Origin: Balanoglossus misakiensis | Taxonomy: Eukaryota > Animalia > Hemichordata | NCBI GenBank assembly: GCA_040954595.2 | Contig: CM082586.2 | Coordinates: forward strand, 6,851,337-6,915,336 | Length of the DNA stretch: 64,000 nt | Direction of reading: 5' to 3' | Shown here: piece by piece, positions 1 to 11,270 of the stretch | How positions within the stretch are numbered: position 1 is the stretch's first letter | How the letters are laid out: each line of letters starts with the position of its first letter | Notes under the pieces: model-generated | Databases searched by the model: none | Told to the model about the DNA's origin: nothing | The model's input: only the letters and a program-made list of their open reading frames with translations | Translations under genes and position numbers: made by a program

Positions 1-326
1 ATAATACTTTGATAGCCTAGTGTTTGCTTTGTTGAATTTGATCTAGCGGCCTCGCAAGCCGGAGAAAAGAAACAAACAAACAAATGAACGATATATGTAT
101 GTCTAATGAAAAGTAAACAATAATTATGGTATAGATGCGGTGAGATCAAATGATTAAATGTAACAGATGGATTTTTTTGCGTTGTGAGGACACAGTGAAA
201 TTATGCCTTCGGAGATTATTTTTTAAAATTTAAATACAGAGTAGATCTATTTTGTAGTAATCATAGCTCGTTTTGTTAGAGCCTTGTCGTTGTGTAGAAA
301 GGATGAAATTAGCACAAAATCGGAAC

Positions 327-499
<173 letters not shown>

Positions 500-1757
500 G
501 ACAGACTGGCAGATACTAAGATACATGTATACACATAGTTTTCACCTCCCCAACTTACTGATGGAAGAAAACCTTTAGACATATTTTGGGGTTGACTCAA
601 TATTAATTGATTGCTACACGGTACTTATCCTAGGTTAATTACAACATCAAAATTGATGATAAAGATATTAATGGTTCGTTAGAGTTGTTTGTTGTTGGTC
701 GTCCCTAAGGACATGCTTAAAAATTAAAGACTCGTCAATGACTGGCGTGTTTTAATCTATATCCAATCAATTCGGTTAAATATTTTTTTTATAAATTCCC
801 TCTGTTAATTCTACACATTCACTCTTCTGTTTGGTTCAACAATCTAATTAATGATTCGTGTACGACAAATGAAGATGAGGGCCTCCACAGCACACACATA
901 CATATATATGTACTTTGTTTCTAGCATTTACTGGTGTTCGTAGGAAATTGAATAAGTTATGGAATATCGGATTTCTTTAGGACTGTTAGAGGTTTTGTGT
1001 GTTAAGTGTTTTTGGCTCGGGTAGATTGGCTGCATAGGTACAAGGCCTGGCTGTCAACATTTTACGATGACACAAAGTCGCTTGCATAACTGTCTGTGCA
1101 GTATTATATGTCTGTACTCTGCACAACGTTACCAAAGAATCCAGGGAAAGAGGGACATGTCACACCCTCCTCCCCCTCACGACGCTAGTTTCTTGCCCCC
1201 CTGCACGCGCCATTTTGACCTTTCGCTATACATCATGTGCAACGTGAGGCGATGCACACGTGCCGTCCGTAACTTTACTTGTTGTCGTGGTTACGTTCAT
1301 TACCGGCAAACAGGCTACCTATTTCGGTGGTCGTCTCTCCGGAGCCGTTTATCTATTCAGAAATAACCCGAGATGGGCATGATCTAATTATCAATATGTC
1401 GGCGCGGTAAATTAGATTTCAATCTCTGCACGTACACGCGCACAAGCTGCTAAAGATTTGGTCAGTGAAATTTGGCGTTGACACAGACAGAGTTAATTTT
1501 CCTCATATGACAAATTAAAATGATAATCAATTCACGGTCGTGCATCACGTGCAAGACGATTTTAGTACAGGCAAGACTGATTTTTACATAAAGGTCGTCA
1601 GTCGGACTGGGTATCTGCCAATAAAGTGGCCATCAGCGCTCTTGAATAAAAACTGAGTCAATACGTACAGCAAAAAATGCACACTCAGCTGTATTAGAGA
1701 AATCATAAGAAATTCGACAAAGGAAATTTGTGGTTCATAGGAACCGTCTCGTGCGTC

Positions 1758-2160
1758 ACTGCGCATTGGGATATGCGCCTGCGTTACTGCGCATTGGGAT
1801 ATGCGCATGGGGATAGGTTGCCCTGACACCGGGTTTGTATTTGATAATTGTGCGCGGTTGCTTCCCCCCGCGGAAGGATGCAACACAGTTAAACAACAAC
1901 TGTTGCTAACAACAAATAAACTAAAAAGATGAGGGCGTTCTATAAGTAGCGCAGATTTGTCACAAAAATTGCCCCAGCGGGAGTTCGAGACTTTCAATAA
2001 AAGGAAAAAGGAAAGTACTGTTCGAAGACTTTCTCTTCGCAATTCGAACTTGGAGAACCAAGTTGGCGGTTTCCAAGACCGCCGAGCTGCTTCAACAAAC
2101 GATCTTGCACTGTCAGTCCGCTTCTCTCAAACCTACAGCCATTTACAGCTGGCTAGCCAC
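1758..2160 (+). promoter_or_regulatory. Probable PRDM14 promoter and non-coding first exon
   Basis: Duplicated actgcgcattgggatatgcgc (1758 and 1786), TATA-like ctataagta at about 1940, then a consensus donor ccac|gtaagt at 2160/2161. The next clear acceptor (ttccttctag|) is at 3931, 23 nt before the ATG. Inferred, no transcript data. Confidence 0.5.
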
Positions 2161-3954
2161 GTAAGTAACTACATGTACTTCACTTCAGCTGGCAAATATC
2201 CCACCCTAAACTTGTGGGTTTTTTTTTCGTTTTATGAAAAGAAATATGTACAGTGCAGCTAGGTTTACGAACGAACCACTGTTCAGATTGTAGTTAAAGC
2301 CCCAAGAGCTGCCACGTCTTGCATTATTTCTTGATTTTACTTTCCAACTTAGATAGGTCCATTTATACATGAACATCTCATCGAAGCCCGGTTGTGGCTG
2401 TATGTTGCAATTTGAACAAGTAATATATTAAACGGGTGCCGCACCCGTTTAATCGGTCTCCATACAAAGAGTATACACAACTATTGTGGTATGCGTCGCC
2501 AAGAGATGATAAACTGATGCAAATACAAGTAATATGGCTTACTGGTGATGAGGGGGAAGATCTGAACTATTTTTATTTTGAGAAAAAATATGAAAAATTT
2601 GGCAGGTCACTTTAAATTCTGCGTGATATCTGCGTGTGCTGTTTTTACGTGATATGTATTCGCGGTCTGAAATCGAAGACCATTTTTTTCATGGCTATCC
2701 GAGCATGAAAGTTGAGATTTATGCGTCAACAGCGATGCGCAACTTCGTTATCATCATTCCCTTTGCTCCACCGCAAGTCAAAACTGTTCTGTTTACCGCT
2801 GCGTCGCAAGACTCTAACGGAAACGTTATGGGGATTGTGGTGCAGAGGCGTAGTGTCCGTGTTCCACGGCCCGGGGACACTGTCCCACTCTCGTTCGAAT
2901 GAGCAAAATTCGTCTCTTGCAATGTACGCTGAAGTCGACGGACGAGTTACGCAAGGCTTGTCAGTAGAGCAGACACGTGCCATACTTCTCAAAAAAGTGA
3001 TTTTACGTGTCTTTTTTAAATAAAGTGGAATTTTAACATTGTGAGCGTGAGAACACGATGCGGACACGATCTATACACACGTGTTCCTATCTCTTCACAT
3101 CAACCGACACCCCGAACCCAAACTCGTGCATGTCCCACACCACATATTTGGGAGACATGCCGCATGCATGTACGTTCAAACGTTCTTCTCACAAGCTGCC
3201 AGTACCCCGATTCATGAAAGCGATGCAAGTTCCACGTAGACTGTAATCAGCGATGATAATTAGTGCGAATTCGCCATGTAATTGTTCAAATCATACAATC
3301 TAATTTCAGGCCCGTCATTAACGTTGCTTTAGTCCGAATAATGCTATCAATGATTGGAGCAAATTATCTTCCACTGGTGGCCCTATGAATAATTATGAAT
3401 AATTGAATTGGCATTAATTATCTTGTGGCTCGTAGTTGTTCTGCCGTTACATACATTAGGGATGCAAGTTTAAAATCCACGCTTCGATAAAATGGCCGCT
3501 AAGTCTCGCCTAAATGACTGAAATGATAATCCTTCACTGTACCCGTATATATTTTCCATGGGCGTTCAACCGGTAATTTCGACAAATGCAAATAAGTTAC
3601 AGGGCACGATTTTTCCAGATGCAAATGTATTTTCGTCGCGTCTTCCAGGTATCCAAAACACTAAGACAAACATGTACAGGATTCCTTCCTTTTTAGGCTG
3701 GAATGCGGTGGTGACGTAGTCTTTCATAAAAGGTTTCTCGCGTGCTCATGGTCACTATTCCTTAAATGGGGAGATTTCTAAGAATTCAATAAACGGGGAT
3801 GTTTTTTGCGCGCACGATTCTTGCATAAGTACAACGACCGAGTTCGTGTCGCGGTCGAAATTTATATCTGGTACTTTGTGATCGCCCCAATTATTATATC
3901 TTCAACCTCGCTCTATTTTTATTCCTTCTAGTTGGAACGGTTTCCTAATTAACG

Positions 3955-6884
3955 ATGGACCTGGAACTACAACGCCGTCCTATCTTTTTCTTCACCAAAG
4001 AAGATCTGGACAGTGTTCTGTACGGCTCGGCTAGAAATTACCACAACATGACCGCCACTGTGACTACGCATGCGCTTTCTGGTCTCAGTTTTCCGAATGA
4101 CGGTGAGTGACTCTCCGATCACCTCTAGACATGACGTTCGCTTTCAAAATTATTCTGTAAATAATATTCTAGAAATGATGGGTATTCAACCTTTTTTCGT
4201 CGACACAGACCCAGAATTTAGAGAAACAGATCAGAATTCATAAAATCACACCCCGAGATGCTATAGCGCCATCATCTGACCCCCCCCCCCCTTATTCCCT
4301 ATCACGTGCAGGGTTCTGTGCAACGGACAGATCCAAATACTTCAATGGTCGAGGGAAGTACGCCATCAGCGGTGTCAACAATGTCAATATTTACGACAAG
4401 GAACATTTACACGTTTCTTCGCTGGAACTTCCTCAAGGTAAGGTTTGCCTTGTTCTCGTCGGGATCCGGATTGAGGGTCTGCCCTTACGTTTATTGACTT
4501 TGTGGACATGTACATGTACTTTAAACTTCTTGCACAGTTACACTGAGTCGAACACCAGACTTATAATTCGCTGTTCCTTCTTCTACCCCCCCCCCCTCTT
4601 CCAGAACTGGCTATCCACTGGACTGTGCTTTACGGAACAGTGCATTATGGGGTGTTTTGTCAGAGTATGGTAATACCCAGGGGGACGCAGTTCGGTCCAT
4701 TTGTCGGCAAAGTTGTCAACACCAGCGAGATCAAAACCCACGATGACAACTCACTGATGTGGGAGGTGAGCAAACATTTCTGTTTGATTTGACTTCTAAT
4801 CGGCGCTATCGTTTACTTACTAATCGAAACAGTAAGACTTATCCCGCACATAATGATTACAGTTTGTGTAATCGTTTCAATAAAACAACAGCTGTTTTAC
4901 GCAGTCTTATATTAATAGTTATATCACGGTCACGTGTGGAGTGACCGTGGTTACATAAATATCTCTAGTCTAAAAACAAAAGGCTGCGATAAGTCTGATC
5001 AGTGAGGGCGGGTTTTGTTTACGTAAATCGCGTGTTTTAACATTCGTTCATTTCTTCCAGGTGTTCAAAGGGGGCCGACTAAGCCACTTCATCGACGGGC
5101 GCGGAACAGCCGGCAGCTGGACCAGTTACGTCAACTGCGCACGCTACGCGCAGGAGCAGAACCTGGTTGCCGTGCAACGGGACGGGCAGATATTTTACGA
5201 AACCTGCAAAGACATCGTGCAGGGAGCCGAACTGCTTGTCTGGTACGGAGACTCGTATCTGCAATTCATGGGTATCCCCGTGGCGCAGAAAGAGACGAAC
5301 CACGGGGAAAATGTGGAAAACGTTGATGGTAAATAAAATATTCCTTCTTTATAGGTGTTGATTGCTTAGGCTATAATTTGTTATGAATGGTCTTTCATCT
5401 TTTTATTTTAAAATACACCAGGACATGTTCTCAGCCTACGTGCTACGTATACATCATGATAACGGGACACTTAAGACATGATTAAAATAACATACAGTTA
5501 GGTGCTGGTGATAGGTTTGGCTATTCTGTTCATTCGGTTTTGGCTGTTCTGTTCTCTGTCTTGGCTGTTTCCGAACAGAACAGCAAAGAATCATCAAAAT
5601 TAAAGACGGCGCCTAACTCTACATCATCTGACTATTTTAATCAGATTGCTAAAATCTAAGAAAATGTACTTTCAGACTTCATCGTGTCTTGAAAGCTTCT
5701 GAAGGCACCAGAAAAAAAAAGTTTTTTTTTTGCATAACCATTATTTCCTGTTATTATTCGTATTTGTTCAGTACAGTTAGTCAATCATCATTAACACATC
5801 TTCGGTAGAAAAATATGGCGTATAATAAAGTCTCTCGAGATCTCACAATCTTACTGGTACTAAATTTAGAAATCATGCCCATTAAACCAACTAATCATAT
5901 CGACTGTAACAAGCATAATTATGCCTGTGGTTTTGTTCACATGAATACAGCTGGCCACTTTGTGTTTTTTATTTGCACTGAGTCAATTAATCTTGTTTTT
6001 TTTTCTTTTCGCAGACTCTGAGGGTTTCAACTGTGAACGATGCGGCAAGGTGTTTGCCTACAAGTACTATCGGGACAAACACTTGAAGTATACACGTTGC
6101 GTTGATCAGGGAAACCGGAAGTATCCGTGCCATCTGTGCACGCGCTCGTTTGAGAAGAGAGACCGACTGCGCATACACATATTGCACGTGCACGAGAAGC
6201 ACCGTCCGCACAAGTGTTCCGTCTGTGGCAAGAGTTTCTCACAGGTAAGGGTGTGAGAGGGGCAGATACAGGGGGAAGGGCGGGAGGGAGGGTTGAGGGA
6301 GGGAGGGAGGGACACACTTTCAGTTTACTTTCAACATATGGACATGGCATTTTGCGTCAAAATCATGATTATGAAGATCTGAGTGCTTTTCTTCTCGAGT
6401 GTCCCGATCTAAATTGTGTCCTAGACTTGGTGTAGGCACCTCCTAGATCCCTAAGCTTCTGCATACTTTTGTGATTTTAAAAGTCTTCATAAAATATATT
6501 CTCCTTCCATTTCAGTCCTCAAGTCTGAACAAGCACATGAGGGTTCACAGCGGCGAGCGACCGTACAAGTGCGTCTACTGCAGCAAGGCCTTCACGGCGT
6601 CCAGCATCCTGCGCACGCACATCCGCCAGCATAGCGGCGAGAAACCCTTCAAGTGCAAGCACTGCGGCAAAGCGTTCGCGTCGCACGCCGCGCACGACAG
6701 TCACGTGAGGAGGACGCACACGCAGAAGGACGCGCGCGCTCTCAGCTGCGGGGTCTGCGACAAGACCTTCTCGCAGGTGTACGAGTTGAAGTTCCACAAG
6801 AGTATTCACGAAAAGGGAGGAGAGACCATCGACAGGTACCAGGAGGCGTTGCAAAATTTTGCTATCAGCCAAGTTGCTTCGTGA
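3955..6884 (+). CDS. PRDM14: PR/SET-domain zinc finger protein 14 (433 aa, 6 coding exons)
   Basis: Exons 3955-4102, 4312-4437, 4605-4765, 5061-5328, 6015-6244, 6516-6884, all GT-AG, total 1302 nt in frame. Pre-SET segment FFFTKEDLDSVLYG...HALSGL; PR domain YGVFC...QFGPFVGKVVNTSEIKTHDDNSLMWEVFKGGRLSHFIDG...SYVNCARYAQEQNLVAVQ...ELLVWYGDSY; six zinc fingers including the PRDM14-typical KYYRDKHLKYTRC, FEKRDRLRIHILHVH and FASHAAHDSHVRRTH. Confidence 0.96.
5496..5648 (+). mobile_element. Short interspersed repeat with inverted ends (agttagg(c/t)gc...gcgcctaact), copy 1
   Basis: Clearly homologous to 33695-33883: shared ggctattctgttc, gaacagaacagc and ttttaatcagattg blocks. Confidence 0.75.
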
Positions 6885-8625
6885 TTCCATCTACCAACAC
6901 GTATCACAGTATCACGAAATCTCGTTGCATTATAATTTAAAATCCTCTGCAAATGATCTTTCTATGTGCATGTGTTTCATTTGGTAGCTTCTGGCTATTC
7001 AGTATTTACCGATACTCAGATGCTAACTCGGCCGTGTTTTGTACGGAGTAGATATAGCGGCAGGCTGCATTTCTAAATATATTGAAGGCAACGGTTCTTT
7101 TAATTACATTTCAAATATAAAAAAAATGACAAAATTGTTTTCTTGAAGTGTTTTTTTTTTCCATGTAATGATAAATAGTAAATTAGGAATATTAAATGAC
7201 CTCTTAAACAAATAATTAAGCATGCTAAAATGACAAGAAAACTGACTGCTCTTCACCAAGACAATTTGTTAAGTGAAGTGAAAATTATCAGATATCAAAA
7301 TCACGCTATGTTTTGCTGTGTTCGCTAAAGACATTCTCATCATTCACTGTTACTATTCGTTTACGTACGTGTTTAGAATACCAGTACTTCGTTTGACATT
7401 CAGAGTAAACAGTCTAAAGTTTTGTTTTGAAATTTCTGTCTTGTTTTTTTTTACTTTTTCCTCGTGTAATCTATAGCATGTGTATACAAGTATGGTAAAT
7501 CATCGATATGTCAAAATGTAATACCTATGAAAAATTGTAAAGTCGTTTTTTGCATTCAAATTGTGCAACGGTTTCCTATAATTTGTAAATGGTATTTTTC
7601 ACGTAACAAGATTTCAGTGCATTTTTTTCAGAGAAAAAAAATGGTATGTATTCATTGCGTGTGTTATTTGTGCAATCGATGTTAAACTTTAAAATATATT
7701 CACTTTGTGAAATGTACATCAATTTTAAAGGCCGATGTTACTGTTACGATTATTTAAATTCGATCGTAGGTGGCACCATTCAGTCACGAAATAGGAATCC
7801 GACGCGTCCAAGTGAAAGACATATGGAGTTTTATTTGACGTTTTTCGGGTTAAATGTATTTGAACTCTTTATATAAATTATATTTGCGTATATGGCTATG
7901 ATTGTTGTTTTGTGAATTGTCAACATTTTTTGTATAATGTTTATTTTCATATATTATCGCTGTATTTTGCTAATTTTTTAAAATAAATTTTAAAATATTA
8001 ATTTGAGAGATTTGCTCATGAATTTCAACACATTAAAATATTTTTTTTTAATCGTCCACACACACGAGGAAATTGTATCGTGGCCACTTGGTGGCGCCCT
8101 CTTTCACCTTTGGGGGGGGGGGGGTAAACAATTCTGGTTCATTCACCCAAGATCTACATGTATGTATATGTATATGCAGGCAAGATGCAGCAGCACTAAG
8201 ATGTTTTTTAATCAATTTGCTTCTTTATTTGGCAGTAACATGATTTCTTAAATCAAAGGCTTGTATGGGAAAAACATACTTATTTCATGGACATGGTTCA
8301 GTATACAATAATATCTGGAGGTCTTTATTAGTTAAATTTAATTTAAGAATTACTACACATTATTAGATAGGAAGTACATCGGCAAAAATGTGCGAGGAAA
8401 TTTAAATAGCATCAGTGAATAAATAATTATGTGCTTCTAGCTTTGTAAATGCATCTCCAACATTGCTTTAGGCCTAGATGTTGTTTCCAAAAACTCTGGC
8501 TCCAATAAAAATGCAAACTTAATTTCAAAGTGGGGACTCGTTAAAAGTTCAAGAAAATGACTACAACACCATTCTCTCTGAATTCAACATGCGATGCCAA
8601 AACCTTACCTGTGGATGCCCCTCAA

Positions 8626-8710
8626 CCCTTTCACCGCCATGGTTTGGTCCAAATGTATTGTTTTCTGTGGCAAAGTTAGACCTCTGTGGAAGGAACTGGG
8701 GGTGAAAGGG
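8626..8710. mobile_element. piggyBac-like miniature element downstream of the Elongin A stop (probable 3' UTR)
   Basis: Termini CCCTTTCACC...GGTGAAAGGG flanked by tcaa/ttaa. CCC ends with a TTAA target are piggyBac hallmarks. Confidence 0.6.
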
Positions 8711-9163
8711 TTAAGGCCCACACTCTGGAAAGTTCTAATACACAATACCATGAGGGGTTCTGTGAATTTATATGTACACGTACTACAGACTCATAGCTTG
8801 CTTAAAATTAAATAAAAGGTGCTGTGTCCCAGTTGACCCTTTTTTGGATTTGTCGAACTGACAGGAAATGGTAAAATCAGTATTACACCCTGCCAATTTG
8901 GTACTATTTTGCATCATAACCGGTCAAACTTTCCGAATCTAGTTTATAGTCAGTGATGGTAGTTGCATTTTCACATTGCAGGGGCAAAGATAAAAAAATA
9001 CGATGGCTGGTTATTTGGCATAACAAGAATCAACGGAAAAGAAAGAAAAGAATAAAGTACGTCAAAACTACAGCTCCGATGTTACTAGTAGTGGGACAAT
9101 GTGCTCATGGCGGTATATACGGACACAGTCCACTTGCCCTATGAACCTTGACCTACGACCCAC

Positions 9164-11238
9164 TCATCTCTTCAATCGTTTCATCATTTTCAGGCTCTTC
9201 ATCATCATTGGAGCAACCATCTTCACAGCTGTGGGAACAAACAGGCAATGAAGTTGGTCATAATTTTCACAAAGACGTGCTTGTATGTCCAAAATTTCTC
9301 ATGAATATTAATAATCTCATTAATATTCATGAGCGCGACCACCACTTCATTTTGGCTCGGCAGAACTCTGGCAACTTAATCGATTGAAGTAACCCATCAA
9401 AATCTCCAAACCCCTGAATGCCAGTAAATTCAAATATACAGTTAGGTATCACATACATTGATCCTGGGAAATTCTGCCATGTTAGCAAAGATTGCCATCT
9501 TATGCCTTGTATATAGAATTATCACTGACAATGGCAGACAGTACATGATGTTTCATCACCAGGAACAATAATTGGACACTGTATGTTTTAGCAATGACAC
9601 TTGTTATAGATACTGGTGCTATGCAAATTTCTCTGATTGATTGAGTGATTGAATGATCGTGAATATAATTCTGCAAGAAATTCTTGAATAAAAGAAATAA
9701 AACTCACTTTTAGGAGCCCTGCCTTGACTTGACCCGTGGCCCGATCCGTGACTGCCGCCGGGGCGTGTGTTGTTGAACGGCCGGTGCGACGACGACGAGG
9801 ACGAGTTTTTCCGCGGACTCTCGTGCTGGGATGCCCCTGGACTGGCGGTTCCCAGCTTGGCCTGTTGGCGCTGAATGCTGCGTGGTGGCTTGGCCGGTCC
9901 GCTCATGTAGGCCAGTTTCAGTTGTCGCTCTTCGAAATACAAAGGACAAAATGCGACACTGAGCGACGATCGGGGAACTGGATGCCGTGCCAGGTTACGG
10001 TTTGAAAAATCAAAAGTGGCCGGGCTATCAGTCCTGGTAGTCCTACCCTTACTCAGCATGCATGGAAATGCCTGCTATCTGTTGTCGTTTTTTAAGGGTA
10101 GTTGGATGTGCTTCCTGTATGCACTGGCGCTTATTAGCAAGCCTTCACATTTGCCGACTAGCGAGAGGCTCTCAATCATTTTGTGTTTGGTTTTATGTCA
10201 CTGGTAAACAGTGCACGTAGCTGTCTGTAGCACTTGCCATCACCCCACGTCAGTCAATGGAGGAGTTAAAGTTTATCACACCGACTCAACTCTGGTGATA
10301 TTCCTTGTAGTTTTGCACATTCATTTTGTTTTAAATCAGAGAGATACACACATTACTGCAATTGTCCTGAGTATTTTTTTCATACTCAAACCAAGCAGCC
10401 GCTGACAGGTACATAGTACTACTTGACCTTTGCACTCTGACCCCTTGTGACCTAATGACATCAATCTGAAGCTTTCTGTCGGGATGGGTTCAAAGGGTAA
10501 ATGAACAGCAGAGGGGTTTTACTCACCAGGTTTTTTCTGTGCCATGTTGGCAGCTATGTTGGCGGTGATTTTCTCAAGTCGGGCTCGCCTTTCATCAAGT
10601 TTGCGCTTTTGACGTGGGAAAAAAAAGAAGACAGATTACGATCAGATCACAGTTGAATGAAATCTACTTCAAGTTCGTCATCTGGAATATCAGCCAAAGT
10701 ACATGCATGATACAGCCTACCTGGACCATTTCCATGGGGAAAAGTTTACCAATATCAAGAATGGGCATATTACAATTATTCATAAACAGACACAACATAT
10801 ACAGCAACCTGAATACAGACAAGAGTTTTCACAGCCCGTACTTACCAGATACAGATCTCTCCATGTTTCAAACTCGTCCGGCTCCTCGTTTTTAAAATCC
10901 CTCAGACTATGTTTGTGCCAAAGTTCATCGGAATCTTCAAGAAAATGCTGGTACATTGAGAAAACATGTGACATCAGTCAGTTACAATACAAAAGCCTTG
11001 TTCAGTCCGTAATGTCAGGAAATTCAACTTTAGATATGTACTGAAGGGGCTTGTTGTCATATGAGTGATATTTTGGCCAATAACTGTACACAGGTCTAAA
11101 AAAAAATATTTTTGCGGGTTTTTTTTTGGCTCTCGCGTATTTTGCGAAAATTTATTACTCACGAAAATAAACCGTACGTTCATACCTACATACATACATA
11201 CATACATACATACATACATACATACATACATACATACA

Positions 11239-11270
<32 letters not shown>

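Noticed and set aside
1584-3246. ORFs of 60-150 aa upstream of PRDM14 as extra coding exons
   Set aside because: No recognisable domain, and the in-frame TAA before the PRDM14 ATG blocks fusion through the 3931 acceptor.
9930-10059. Open upstream extension of Elongin A exon 10 (MLSKGR...)
   Set aside because: The nearby alternative acceptors at 10071-10081 all give stops in the required phase; treated as intron.
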